Source: Mycobacteriales bacterium
GTDB lineage: Bacteria; Actinomycetota; Actinomycetes; Mycobacteriales; CADCTP01
Length of the DNA stretch: 64,000 nucleotides
Reading direction: 5' to 3'
Assembly: GCA_035995165.1 (NCBI GenBank)
Contig: DASYKU010000066.1
Location: 1,575 to 65,574, forward strand
Part shown: positions 45,267-54,572 of the stretch, in pieces
Layout of the letters: every line of letters begins with the position of its first letter
Position numbering within the stretch: the stretch's first letter is position 1
Made by a program: the position numbers and the translations under genes
The notes under the pieces: generated by a model
Databases searched by the model: none
Told to the model about the DNA's origin: nothing
The model's input: the letters and a program-made list of their open reading frames with translations, nothing else

Positions 45267-46172
45267 GTGCTGGCGCTGGCCGCCGCGATCCCGGCCTCGC
45301 TGCCGGCCGGCGACGGCCCGGACGTCGGCGTGGCCGCGGCCGTGACCGTCCCGGTCTGGGGCCCGGCGATCGTGCCGCCGGCCGCGGTGCCGGCGATGGC
45401 CGGCGCGCACACCGCGACCGTCCGGCTGAGCTCCGGCGGGCGGCTGCGGACCGCGATCGTGCTGACCCCCACGACGGGGCTGCGGGTGCCGCTGGTGATC
45501 GTGCTGCACGGCCGGGACAGCACCCCGGCCCAGGAGCTGGTCCGGACCGGGTTCGCCGACCTGGCCGCGCAGGGCCAGGCCGTGCTGGCGTACCCGGCCG
45601 GGATCGGGAGGTCCTGGAACGCCCGGACCGGCTGCTGCGCGCCCGCGGCCACGCTGCACGTCGACGACGTGGGCTTCCTGCGCCAGCTCGTCGGCGCGGT
45701 CGAGGCGCACTCGCTGATCGATTCGAGCCGGGTCTACCTGGTCGGCTACAGCAACGGCGGCCGGCTGGCGCTGACCGCGGCCTGCGCGCTGCCGGGCCGC
45801 TTCGCCGGCGTCGCCACGTACGGGACGGCCCAGCCGGCGCACTGCCCGGCCGGTCGCCCGCCGCTGCCGGTCTTCATCGGCTACGGCGGCGCCGACCCGC
45901 ACGCCGCCCCCGGGTACGTCCCGGCCGGCGGCACCACCGGCCCACAGACCGCGGCCGACTGGCGCGCTGTGGACAGCTGCACCGGCCCGCCGACCGTCAC
46001 CACCACGGGTCCGGAGACCAGCGAGGAGTGGACCTCCTGCCGCGGCGGCGGCCGGGTCGCGCTGGTCCGCTGGGACGGGCTCACGCACCGCTGGCCCGGC
46101 TCCGGCTGGGTCCCGGCGGACACCGCCGGCCGCGTCCTCATGTGGCGCTTCCTCACCGGCCGCGAGGTCTAG
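45267..46172 (+). CDS. PHB depolymerase-family (LpqC-like) secreted esterase; start uncertain
   Basis: Tail of track ORF 44475..46172: PLVIVLHGRDS..., nucleophile LVGYSNGG, then GGADP. The protein-like reading begins right after the MFS stop, but the first canonical in-frame start I find is GTG 45267. Confidence 0.7.
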   Translation: MLALAAAIPASLPAGDGPDVGVAAAVTVPVWGPAIVPPAAVPAMAGAHTATVRLSSGGRLRTAIVLTPTTGLRVPLVIVLHGRDSTPAQELVRTGFADLAAQGQAVLAYPAGIGRSWNARTGCCAPAATLHVDDVGFLRQLVGAVEAHSLIDSSRVYLVGYSNGGRLALTAACALPGRFAGVATYGTAQPAHCPAGRPPLPVFIGYGGADPHAAPGYVPAGGTTGPQTAADWRAVDSCTGPPTVTTTGPETSEEWTSCRGGGRVALVRWDGLTHRWPGSGWVPADTAGRVLMWRFLTGREV

Positions 46173-47182
46173 TCCTTGTTCCGCGCGCGGCTCGGCTGCA
46201 CGCGCATCGGCTCGCCCTCCATCTTGGGGAAGTTGGGCGGGTAGGGGGCGTCGGCCAGGCCGCGGTCCTGCTCGTCCCGGTCGGCCCGCTCCAGCAGCGG
46301 CTCGATCGACCAGGGCTCGTCGTCGATGCCGGCGTGCACGTCGCCGAGCTCGGCGAACCGGGCCGGCACGGTGTCGATGGTGAAGTCCTGGGGGTTCGCG
46401 TACGGCACCTCGTCCCAGGTCAGCGGCGTCGAGACCGGCGCCGTCGGGTCCCCGCGCAGCGAGTAGGCGCTGCGGATCGTGCGGTCCCGGGCGTTCTGGT
46501 TGTAGTCCAGGAAGACCTGCTCGCCGCGCTCCTCCTTCCACCAGGCGGTCGTGGTGAGCTCGGGGATGCGCCGCTCGACCTCGCGGGCGAAGGCGAGCGC
46601 GGCCCGGCGGACCACGGTGAAGCCGTGCTCGGGCCGGATCCGCACGTAGATGTGCATGCCGCGGTTGCCGGAGGTCTTCGGCCAGCCGACCGCGCCGAGG
46701 TCGTCGAGCACCTCGCGGACGGTGGCGGCGACGACCTGGGCCTCCGCGTACCCGGTGCCGGGCTGGGGGTCGAGGTCGATGCGCAGCTCGTCCGGGCGCT
46801 CGGTGTCGGCCCGCCGGGAGTGCCAGGGGTGGAACTCCACCGTCGACATCTGCACGGCCCAGACCACGTCGGCCAGCTCGACCACGCACAGCTCGTCCGC
46901 GGTCCGCCCGGACGGGAACTTCACCTCGACCGTCTCCAGCCACTCGGGCGCGCCCTTGGGCACCCGCTTCTGGTAGACCTTGTCGCCGTCGGTGCCGGTC
47001 GGGTAGCGGTGCAGCATGCACGGCCGCTCGTACAGGGCCCGGACGATGCCCTCGCCCACGGCGATGTAGTAGTTGGCCACGTCGAGCTTGGTGCGGCCGA
47101 GCGCGGAGAAGTAGACCCGGTCGGGGTTCGTGACCCGCACGGTCCGATCCCCCACCTGCAGGTCCACGTGCGGGGACGCCAT
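46169..47182 (-). CDS. Stand-alone LigD-type primase-polymerase (Prim-Pol) domain protein
   Basis: 337 aa. Matches the LigD polymerase domain: VRVTNPDRVYF...TKLDVANYY, DELRIDLDP, KTSGNRGMHIYVRI and VFLDYNQNARDRT. Confidence 0.88.
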   Translation of the reverse strand: MASPHVDLQVGDRTVRVTNPDRVYFSALGRTKLDVANYYIAVGEGIVRALYERPCMLHRYPTGTDGDKVYQKRVPKGAPEWLETVEVKFPSGRTADELCVVELADVVWAVQMSTVEFHPWHSRRADTERPDELRIDLDPQPGTGYAEAQVVAATVREVLDDLGAVGWPKTSGNRGMHIYVRIRPEHGFTVVRRAALAFAREVERRIPELTTTAWWKEERGEQVFLDYNQNARDRTIRSAYSLRGDPTAPVSTPLTWDEVPYANPQDFTIDTVPARFAELGDVHAGIDDEPWSIEPLLERADRDEQDRGLADAPYPPNFPKMEGEPMRVQPSRARNKD

Positions 47183-47302
47183 GCGCAGACGCTACCCGGT
47201 GATCCACCGCTGCCGGTGAGCACGCAGCGCTCACCGGTTGTTCACCGTTGGTCGATGACGGAACGGGCGGGAGGTGTTAAGAACAAGCCCGTGCGTCCAC
47301 CG

Positions 47303-49687
47303 ATGCCGCGCGCTGCCGCGCTCACGACCGCCGTCCTGCTCGCCGTAGGGGTCACCGCCCTGACCGGCCAGCCCGCCTCAGCCGCGTCCCAGGACGTGGC
47401 CATCAGCCAGGTGTACGGCGGGGGCGGCAACGCCGGCGCCACGTTCACCAACGACTTCATCGAGCTGCGCAACACCTCCGCCGCCGCCGTCGACCTGACC
47501 GGCTGGTCGGTGCAGTACGGCGCCGCCGGCGGCACCACCTACCAGGTCACCACGCTGGCCGGGACCATCCCGGCCAACGGGCACTACCTCGTCCAGGAGT
47601 CGGCCGGCGCCGGCGGCACGACCCCGCTGCCGATGCCCGACGCCACCGGCTCGATCGCGATGTCCGGCACCGCCGGCAAGGTCGCCCTGGTCGTCGACGC
47701 GACCCCGCTGCCCTGCGCGGCCGACTGCGACACCGCGGCCGGGGTCAAGGACTTCGTCGGCTACGGCACCGCGAACGACTTCGAGACCGCGGCCGCCCCG
47801 GGGCTGTCCAACACCACCGCGGACGCCCGGGCCGACGCGGCCCCGGACACCGACGACAACGCGGCCGACTTCACCGCCGGCCCGCCGAACCCGCGCAACG
47901 CCGGCGGCGGCGGCACCACCCCGCCGACCGACCCGGGCGTACCGGGACTGAAGATCCACGACATCCAGGGCGCGGCCCAGGTCTCGCCGCAGAACGGGGT
48001 CAAGGTCGCCGACGTCCCGGGCGTCGTCACCACGGTGTCGGCCAACGGCTTCTGGTTCCAGGACCCGAACCCGGACGCCGACCCGGCGACCAGCGAGGGC
48101 CTGTTCGTGTTCACCCGGACCGCGCCGACCGTGGCGGTCGGGGACGCGGTGACCGTCACCGGCACCGTGTCGGAGTTCCGTCCCGGCGGCGCCGCGACCA
48201 ACCTCAGCACCACCGAGCTGGCCACGCCGACGGTCACCGTGACCGCGCCCGGGCAGCCGCTGCCGGCCGCCGTCGTGGTCGGCGCCGGCGGCCGGGTGCC
48301 GCCCTCGACGGTCATCGAGAACGACGCCAGCGGCGACGTGGAGAAGACCGAGACCGCCTTCGACCCGGCCAACGACGGGCTGGACTTCTGGGAGTCGCTC
48401 GAGGGTGAGCGGATCTCGATCACCGACGCGCAGGTCGTCGGCCCGACCAACCAGTTCGGCGAGACCGAGGTCGTCCCGCCGGGCTCGACCGTCCGGACCA
48501 CCCGCGGCGGCATCGTGATGCGGGCCAACGACCCGAACCCGGAGCGGGTCGTGGTCGCCGAGACGCTGGTCGACGTCCCCCGGGCCAACGTCGGCGACTC
48601 GTACGCGGGCGCCACCGTCGGCGTCGTCGACTACAACTTCGGCAACTTCGAGCTGCTGCCGAGCGTCGCGCCGACCCTGGTCAGCGGCAACCTGCAGCGG
48701 GAGAGCACCAGGAAGCCCAACCTGCTGCAGCTCTCGGTGGCCACCTTCAACGTGGAGAACCTGGCCCCGACCGACCCGCAGACGAAGTTCGACCAGCTCG
48801 CGCAGCTGGCCGTGCACAACCTGCAGGCGCCGGACGTGCTGGCGCTGGAGGAGATCCAGGACAACACCGGCGCGGTCGACGACGGCGTGGTCGCCGCGGA
48901 CGTGACGATCGGCAAGCTGACCGCGGCGATCACCGCGGCCGGCGGCCCGGCGTACCAGTCCCGCTCGATCGACCCGGTGAACGACCAGGACGGCGGCCAG
49001 CCGGGCGGCAACATCCGGGTGGTGTTCCTGTTCCGGACCGACCGCGGGCTGCAGTTCGTGGACCGGCCGGGCGGCACGTCGACCGTGGGCACCACGGTCA
49101 CCCGGGACGCGGCCGGCAAGCCGCACCTGTCCTTCTCGCCGGGCCGGATCGACCCGGCGAGCGCGGCCTGGGAGGACAGCCGCAAGCCGCTGGCGGGCGA
49201 GTTCCGGTGGCGCGGGCAGACGCTGTTCGTGATCGCCAACCACTTCGTCTCCAAGGGCGGCGATGACCCGCTGTTCGGGCGGTTCCAGCCGATCCAGCAG
49301 CCCTCGCAGGTCCAGCGGGTGCAGCAGGCGACCGAGGTACGGGACTTCGTCGGGCAGCTCACCGCGGCGGACCGGCGGGCGAAGGTCGTGGTCCTGGGTG
49401 ACCTCAACGACTTCGACTTCTCCGCGCCGATCAACACGATCACCTCGACCGGCCAGCTGGTCGACCTGCCGCGGACGCTGCCCCCGGCCGAGCGCTACAC
49501 GTACGTGTTCGAGGGCAACTCCGAGGTGCTCGACCACATCCTGCTGTCGAAGGCGCTGGCGTACACGGTCCCGACCCTCAACCTCCTGCCGCTGTTCGAC
49601 TACGACGTGGTGCACGTGAACTCCGAGTTCAACGACCAGATCAGCGACCACGAACCGCAGGTCGTGCGGTTGCTCGTGATTCCCTGA
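47303..49687 (+). CDS. Secreted lamin-tail-domain plus endonuclease/exonuclease/phosphatase (ExeM/NucH-like) nuclease
   Basis: ATG 47303 (or GTG 47291). A signal peptide is followed by an LTD block (ISQVYGGGGNAGATFTNDFIELRNTS...LTGWSVQY). The C-terminal EEP domain has SVATFNVENL, LALEEIQD and a terminal SDHEP. Confidence 0.85.
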   Translation: MPRAAALTTAVLLAVGVTALTGQPASAASQDVAISQVYGGGGNAGATFTNDFIELRNTSAAAVDLTGWSVQYGAAGGTTYQVTTLAGTIPANGHYLVQESAGAGGTTPLPMPDATGSIAMSGTAGKVALVVDATPLPCAADCDTAAGVKDFVGYGTANDFETAAAPGLSNTTADARADAAPDTDDNAADFTAGPPNPRNAGGGGTTPPTDPGVPGLKIHDIQGAAQVSPQNGVKVADVPGVVTTVSANGFWFQDPNPDADPATSEGLFVFTRTAPTVAVGDAVTVTGTVSEFRPGGAATNLSTTELATPTVTVTAPGQPLPAAVVVGAGGRVPPSTVIENDASGDVEKTETAFDPANDGLDFWESLEGERISITDAQVVGPTNQFGETEVVPPGSTVRTTRGGIVMRANDPNPERVVVAETLVDVPRANVGDSYAGATVGVVDYNFGNFELLPSVAPTLVSGNLQRESTRKPNLLQLSVATFNVENLAPTDPQTKFDQLAQLAVHNLQAPDVLALEEIQDNTGAVDDGVVAADVTIGKLTAAITAAGGPAYQSRSIDPVNDQDGGQPGGNIRVVFLFRTDRGLQFVDRPGGTSTVGTTVTRDAAGKPHLSFSPGRIDPASAAWEDSRKPLAGEFRWRGQTLFVIANHFVSKGGDDPLFGRFQPIQQPSQVQRVQQATEVRDFVGQLTAADRRAKVVVLGDLNDFDFSAPINTITSTGQLVDLPRTLPPAERYTYVFEGNSEVLDHILLSKALAYTVPTLNLLPLFDYDVVHVNSEFNDQISDHEPQVVRLLVIP

Positions 49688-49702
49688 CCCTGGTAGGCGT
49701 GA

Positions 49703-49739
49703 CCGCGGGCCCGGCATCCTGGTGATGCCGGGCCCGCGG
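49703..49739 (+). terminator. Perfect 16-bp GC-rich hairpin 16 nt after the nuclease stop
   Basis: CCGCGGGCCCGGCATC-CTGGT-GATGCCGGGCCCGCGG read directly. There is no U-tract, as is common in actinobacteria. Confidence 0.65.
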
Positions 49740-49785
49740 CGTGCTCGCACACCGTTGACGTGCGGTCGTGACTGTCTTCACACTG

Positions 49786-49815
49786 TTGACATACGCAGCG
49801 TGTCCACCCTAGAGT
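49786..49815 (+). promoter_or_regulatory. Near-consensus sigma70/HrdB-type promoter (TTGACA-N18-TAGAGT)
   Basis: TTGACA at 49786..49791 and TAGAGT at 49810..49815, in a locally AT-richer stretch about 90 nt upstream of the ATG at 49906. Confidence 0.45.
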
Positions 49816-49905
49816 CGCGCGTGCCGGTTAAGTGGTTTTTGTCGGTCCTCAAGCCGGTGAGGATCAGGTCCGCCTCGTGCGCGGCAAGAAGGTCAAGGGT
49901 GACGC

Positions 49906-51144
49906 ATGCCCACTGCTGTGCGGCTGCTGCTGGTCGAGATGACCCGCGGCGCCGGTCTGGTCGGCGGTCTGCTGCTGCTCGCCGCCGCGCTGGTGGCCGG
50001 CGTCGGCATGGTGCCGCCGGAGGCCGGGCCGAGCTGGTCGACCGCGTTCAACCTGGCCCTGACCGGCCAGCTCTACGCGGCGCCGCTGCTGGCCGGCGCG
50101 GTGACCTGGCTGATCCAGGACCACCGCCGGCGCGGCCTCGGGGCGCTGGCCGCGACCAGCAACCGCGGCCGCGTGGCCGGGGCGCTCCCCCGGGTCGGCG
50201 CCGCCTGCGCCTGGGCCGGGCTGGCGTACCTGGTCCTGCTGGTGGTCTTCGCGGCCCGGACGGCGCACCGGGGGCTGCCGAGCGGGGCGACCCTGCTGCT
50301 GGCGCTGCTGGCCGGCTGCTTCCTGGGCACCTGCGCCGCGCTGGGCTGGGCGATCGGCACGCTGTCCCGGGTCCGGGCGGCCGGCCCGCTGCTCACGGTC
50401 GCGGTGTTCGCGCTGGTCTGCGTCGGGGCCGGGGCCGACGGCTGGGCCCGGCCGCTGGCGCCGGTGGACGCGGTCTCGACGTACCGGCCGTTCCTGCAGC
50501 CGCACGTCCGGCTGATCTGGGTGCAGGTCGCGGTGCTGCTGGCGATCACCGTGCTGGCGCTGAGCGCGCTGGCCGGCCGGCGCGGCAGCCGGCAGCTCAC
50601 CGGGCTGACCGGCGCGGTCATGCTGGCCGGCGCGGTGTTCACGATGTCGCGGACGAACCCGGCCCCGACCGAGATCCGCGGCGCCCCCGCCCACCCGGCC
50701 TGCACGCAGGGTGAGCCGGTGACCGTCTGCCTGCGCTCGGAGGACGCCGACGAGCTGGCCGGCTCGGCCCGGGCGCTGGCGACCGCGTCGGCCGCGCTCG
50801 CGCCGTACCTGGCGGTGCCGTCGCGGTTCAGCGAGCCCGGGATCGACCGGCGGATCGCGAGCGGGCCCGGGATCTACGTCCCGCCGCCCCAGCGGCACGA
50901 CCCGCTGGCGTTCCAGGCCGCCGCGCTGACCGCGATCGTGCCGCCGCCGTGCCCGCCCCGGGTCGGCGACGCCAAGGCCGTGATCTCGTACGCCGACCTG
51001 CTGACCTGGGCCGAGGCCGTGGTCAGCGGCGAGCGGGGCGTCCCGTCGTACGCGCTGGTCCGGGTCATGCCGGTGCTGGCGATGGACCAGGAGGGGCAGC
51101 GGAGCTGGGTCCGCCACCACCTGGCGGCGACCTGTGCCGGCTGA
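49906..51144 (+). CDS. Hypothetical multi-TM membrane protein with a Cys-containing extracytoplasmic C-terminal domain
   Basis: 412 aa. About 6 TM helices are followed by a soluble roughly 170-aa region (PACTQGEPVTVCLRSEDADEL...PPPCPPRVGD...). It overlaps the downstream ABC ATPase gene by 11 nt. Confidence 0.6.
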   Translation: MPTAVRLLLVEMTRGAGLVGGLLLLAAALVAGVGMVPPEAGPSWSTAFNLALTGQLYAAPLLAGAVTWLIQDHRRRGLGALAATSNRGRVAGALPRVGAACAWAGLAYLVLLVVFAARTAHRGLPSGATLLLALLAGCFLGTCAALGWAIGTLSRVRAAGPLLTVAVFALVCVGAGADGWARPLAPVDAVSTYRPFLQPHVRLIWVQVAVLLAITVLALSALAGRRGSRQLTGLTGAVMLAGAVFTMSRTNPAPTEIRGAPAHPACTQGEPVTVCLRSEDADELAGSARALATASAALAPYLAVPSRFSEPGIDRRIASGPGIYVPPPQRHDPLAFQAAALTAIVPPPCPPRVGDAKAVISYADLLTWAEAVVSGERGVPSYALVRVMPVLAMDQEGQRSWVRHHLAATCAG

Positions 51145-51901
51145 TCGCCCGACCCCGCCGGTGCTGGTGGCCGGCCATGTCGCCCATCGGTACGGGCGGC
51201 GGCGGGCGGGGCTGGTCGACGCCGACTTCGCACTGCGCGGACCGGTCGTCGGCGTGCTCGGCCCGGCCGGGGCGGGCAAGTCGACGCTGCTGTCGCTGCT
51301 CACCGCGGCCCGGCCGCCGACCGGCGGGACGCTGTCGGTCTGCGGGCTGGACCCGTCCGACCCGGTCCAGCGCCGCATCCTGCGCAACCGCATCGGCGTG
51401 GTCCCGCAGGCGCTGTCGGCGTTCCCCCGGCACACGGTCGGCCAGTTCCTGACGTACGTCGGCTGGCTGCGCGGGATCTCGGCGGCCGCGCTGCCGGCCG
51501 CGATCGAGGACTGCCTGTTCGCCACCGACCTCACCGAGCTCCGTGACCGGCCGGTGCGCACGCTCGGCACCGGCACCCGGCAGCGCACGCTGCTGGCCCA
51601 GGCGTTGATCAACCGGCCCGCGCTGCTGGTGCTGGACTCGCCGACGGTGGCGCTGGACCCGGACCAGCGGGCCCAGTTCCTGGCCCGGCTGACCGCGCTG
51701 CGCGGCCGGTGCGCGGTGGTGCTGGCGACCCCGCTGGTGGAGAACGTGGCCGCGGTCTGCGACGAGGTCGTCGTGCTGGCCGCGGGCCGGACCGTGTTCA
51801 GCGGCCGGACCGGCGAGCTGGCCGGCGGCGAGGTCACCCCGGCCACCGTCGCCGCGGGCTACGTCCGAGTGCTCGAGGAGGCCCGCACGGCCCGTCGGTG
51901 A
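51134..51901 (+). CDS. ABC transporter ATP-binding protein with degenerate catalytic motifs
   Basis: Walker A GPAGAGKST and the Q-loop VPQ are intact. The signature reads LGTGTRQR (not LSGGQ), Walker B reads LLVLDSP (Ser in place of the catalytic Glu), and the H-loop position reads LATP (no His). Confidence 0.75.
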   Translation: MPADRPTPPVLVAGHVAHRYGRRRAGLVDADFALRGPVVGVLGPAGAGKSTLLSLLTAARPPTGGTLSVCGLDPSDPVQRRILRNRIGVVPQALSAFPRHTVGQFLTYVGWLRGISAAALPAAIEDCLFATDLTELRDRPVRTLGTGTRQRTLLAQALINRPALLVLDSPTVALDPDQRAQFLARLTALRGRCAVVLATPLVENVAAVCDEVVVLAAGRTVFSGRTGELAGGEVTPATVAAGYVRVLEEARTARR

Positions 51902-51927
51902 CACCGCGTACGGCGTACGATAGCGGG

Positions 51928-52353
51928 GTGACGAAGCCCCAGATTCCCGCTCCCGCCGTGGAGAAGACCGACGAGGAGTGGCGCGCCGAGCTGTCCCCGG
52001 CGGCGTACGAGGTGCTGCGCAAGGCCGGCACCGAGCGCCCGTGGACCGGCGAGTACATCGAGAACCACCGCACCGGCGTCTACCGCTGCCGCGCCTGCGG
52101 CACCGAGCTGTTCCGGTCCGACACCAAGTTCGACTCGCACTGCGGCTGGCCGAGCTTCTGGTCCCCGCTGGCCGGCGACAAGGTCATCCTGCGCGAGGAT
52201 CGCGACCTGGGCATGGCCCGGGTCGAGGTGCTCTGCTCGAACTGCCACTCCCACCTCGGCCACGTCTTCTCCGGCGAGGGGTACGGCACGCCGACCGACG
52301 ACCGCTACTGCATCAACTCGATCTCGCTGACTTTCGAGGACGAGCCCGCGTAG
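51928..52353 (+). CDS. msrB: Peptide-methionine (R)-S-oxide reductase
   Basis: GTG 51928. Two CxxC pairs (YRCRACGTELF and LCSNCHSHLGHVF), GWPSF, and the catalytic RYCINS. Confidence 0.93.
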   Translation: MTKPQIPAPAVEKTDEEWRAELSPAAYEVLRKAGTERPWTGEYIENHRTGVYRCRACGTELFRSDTKFDSHCGWPSFWSPLAGDKVILREDRDLGMARVEVLCSNCHSHLGHVFSGEGYGTPTDDRYCINSISLTFEDEPA

Positions 52354-52356
52354 CGC

Positions 52357-53535
52357 TCACTTCGCCAGCGTGGAGCCGCTGATCGCCGGCGGCTTCGCGC
52401 CGAGGAAGAACCACCCCGGCAGCCCCGCGGTCTCGAAGCCCGCGCTCGGGTTGCCGGTCATCGTCGAGCCCTGCACGGTCGCGGTGCCGGTCCGGTCGTT
52501 GCTGACGAAGAACACCGCTCCGCCACCCTCGGCGGCCGAGTTGCCGGTGATCCGCACCCCCGACAGGCGCAGCGTGAACGTGTTGCCGTCGAGGTAGATC
52601 GCGCCTCCGCTGCCGCCGCCCGGCGTACCGGAGCGGGCCGGGTTCGCGCCGCTGCCGATGGCGCGGTTGCCGGACATCACCGTGTTCGTGATGTCCCAGG
52701 ACACCCCGATGCTGGAGATCGCGCCGCCGTTGGAGCAGACGCCGCCGGAGAAGCTGCTGCCCGAGATCCGGACCGGCAGGCCCTGGGACTGGCTGAGCAC
52801 CCGCAGCGCGGCGCCGCCCAGGTCCGGGCCGGAGGAGTCGCAGCGGTTGCCGGTGAAGGTCGAGTCCACCACCGCGAACCGGCCGCCGCGGACGAAGATC
52901 GCGCCGCCCCCGCCGCCCTCGGTCATGTCCCCGGCGGAGTTGCCGCCGGCGAAGCCGAGCCGCTGCACGGTCAGCTGCGGGCTGTCCTGGTCCTGGCAGT
53001 GCGAGGTCGTGTAGCCCTGCTGGGCGTCGCAGGTGTTCTGGTAGAGGATCCGGCGCTGCCCGCCGCCGGAGAGCGTGACCTTGCCGCCGCCGTCGAGGAC
53101 CAGCTTCGGGTGCGCGTTGACGACCTTGGCCGTCCGGGTCAGCGTGATCGTCACCGGCGCCGGGCCGCAGTCGAACGTGACCACGCCGCCGGCGGCGACC
53201 GCGGCGACCACGGCCGCGGACGTGCAGCCGGCGGCGGTGCCGGTGCCGATCACCCGGTCCGGGTGCGAGGTGTCGACCAGCGCGCCGCCGCCGGGGGCGG
53301 CCGGACCGGCCGGCGCCTGGGTCCTCGGCGTCGGCTTCGGGGTGGGCCTGGGCGTCTTCTTCGCCGCGACGACCTTGCCGGCCGAGGGCAGCGGCGGGGC
53401 CGGGCGGGCGGTGTGCGCGGGCGTCGTCACCGCCGGGGCGACCGGGGCCGCCTCGAGCACCGGCCGGGCCGGCGACCCGCAGGCCGCGAGCGACGCCGTA
53501 CCGAGCAGGACGAGACAAGCCCACCGCAACCGCAC
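52357..53535 (-). CDS. Lipoprotein with right-handed beta-helix (pectate-lyase-fold-like) repeats
   Basis: Lipobox LAACGS and a Pro/Thr/Lys-rich linker. Repeated G-rich turns follow (GGGGGAIFVRGG, SNGGAISS, GGSGGAIYLDGN, AEGGGAVFF), as in polymorphic beta-helix proteins. Confidence 0.65.
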   Translation of the reverse strand: MRLRWACLVLLGTASLAACGSPARPVLEAAPVAPAVTTPAHTARPAPPLPSAGKVVAAKKTPRPTPKPTPRTQAPAGPAAPGGGALVDTSHPDRVIGTGTAAGCTSAAVVAAVAAGGVVTFDCGPAPVTITLTRTAKVVNAHPKLVLDGGGKVTLSGGGQRRILYQNTCDAQQGYTTSHCQDQDSPQLTVQRLGFAGGNSAGDMTEGGGGGAIFVRGGRFAVVDSTFTGNRCDSSGPDLGGAALRVLSQSQGLPVRISGSSFSGGVCSNGGAISSIGVSWDITNTVMSGNRAIGSGANPARSGTPGGGSGGAIYLDGNTFTLRLSGVRITGNSAAEGGGAVFFVSNDRTGTATVQGSTMTGNPSAGFETAGLPGWFFLGAKPPAISGSTLAK

Positions 53536-53602
53536 CGCGGGACGCTAGCACGCCGCGGGCCCGCCCTCCGGCCCCGAGACGGCCCCGGCCGTGCCGGCGC
53601 GC

Positions 53603-53800
53603 GCAGCCGGCCCCCGCGGCAAGCCGACCCCCGCGCAAGCCGGCCCCGTGCAGCCGGCCCCGCGCAGCCGGCCCCGCACAGCCGACCCCGCACAGCCGAC
53701 CCCGCGCAGCCGGCCCCGCGCAGCCGGCCCCGTGCAGCCGGCCCCGTGCAGCCGGCCCCGTGCAGCCGGCCCCGTGCAGCCGGCCCCGTGCAGCCGGCCC
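53603..53800. repeat. About 13 tandem copies of a 15-bp unit (GCAGCCGGCCCCGYG)
   Basis: Read directly. The last six copies are identical (GCAGCCGGCCCCGTG). The array lies between the chdC stop (53877) and the lipoprotein start (53535). Confidence 0.9.
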
Positions 53801-53876
53801 CCGCCGCCCGGCGGGGGCCGGATCCGGCACGGCGGCCGAGACGAGGGCCGCGCTCGTTGCCGACCCGCGCTGAGGG

Positions 53877-54572
53877 CTACGGCAGCGTGGCGACCAGGTC
53901 GGCGACCGAGCGCTTCCGGCCGGTGTAGAAGGGGATCTCCTCCCGGACGTGCCGGCGGGTCACCGAGCTGCGCAGGTGCCGCATCAGGTCGACGATCCGG
54001 TGCAGCTCGTCCGCCTCGAACGCGAGGATCCACTCGTAGTCGCCGAGCGCGAACGAGGCGACCGTGTTGGCCCGCACGTCCGGGTAGTCGCGGGCCAGCT
54101 TGCCGTGCTCGGCCAGCATCGCCCGCCGCTCCTCGTCCGGCAGCAGATACCACTCGTACGACCGGACGAAGGGGTAGACGCAGACGTAGTCGCGGGCCTG
54201 CTCGTCGGCCAGGAACGCCGGGACGTGGCTCTTGTTGAACTCGGCCGGCCGGTGCAGGGCCAGCTGGGACCACATCGGGGTGAGCGCCCGGCCGAACGCG
54301 GTCCGCCGGAACCGCCCGTACGCCTCCTGCAGGTCGTCGGCGGACGCCGCGTGCCACCAGATCAGCACATCGGCGTCGGCCCGCAGCGCGGACACGTCGT
54401 ACGTGCCCCGGATGACGATGTCCTTGCTGGCCAGCTGCTCGAACAGCTCCTCGGCCTCGGTCGCGGCCGCGACCCGGTCGGCCGGCATCGGGGCGGTCGC
54501 CCGGAACACCGACCAGCCCGTGTACCGGATCACCGCGTTGAGCTCACGCGCCTTCTTCCCATCCACTGCCAC
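53877..54572 (-). CDS. chdC: Coproheme decarboxylase / hydrogen peroxide-dependent heme synthase (chlorite dismutase family)
   Basis: 231 aa. [10 protein letters not shown]..., [16 protein letters not shown] and MLAEHG are typical of actinobacterial HemQ/ChdC. Confidence 0.9.
   Translation of the reverse strand: MAVDGKKARELNAVIRYTGWSVFRATAPMPADRVAAATEAEELFEQLASKDIVIRGTYDVSALRADADVLIWWHAASADDLQEAYGRFRRTAFGRALTPMWSQLALHRPAEFNKSHVPAFLADEQARDYVCVYPFVRSYEWYLLPDEERRAMLAEHGKLARDYPDVRANTVASFALGDYEWILAFEADELHRIVDLMRHLRSSVTRRHVREEIPFYTGRKRSVADLVATLP

Noticed and set aside
49816-49905. Structured leader or riboswitch downstream of the TTGACA-N18-TAGAGT promoter
   Set aside because: It contains a T5 run and a direct GCCGGT repeat. 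I found no convincing stem-loops and no match to an RNA family I know.
53603-53800. Possible CRISPR array, or a coding pentapeptide repeat
   Set aside because: The units are directly adjacent with no unique spacers, the unit is only 15 bp, and no cas genes are present. The only ORF across it is Arg/Gly-rich and out of frame with the neighbouring lipoprotein.
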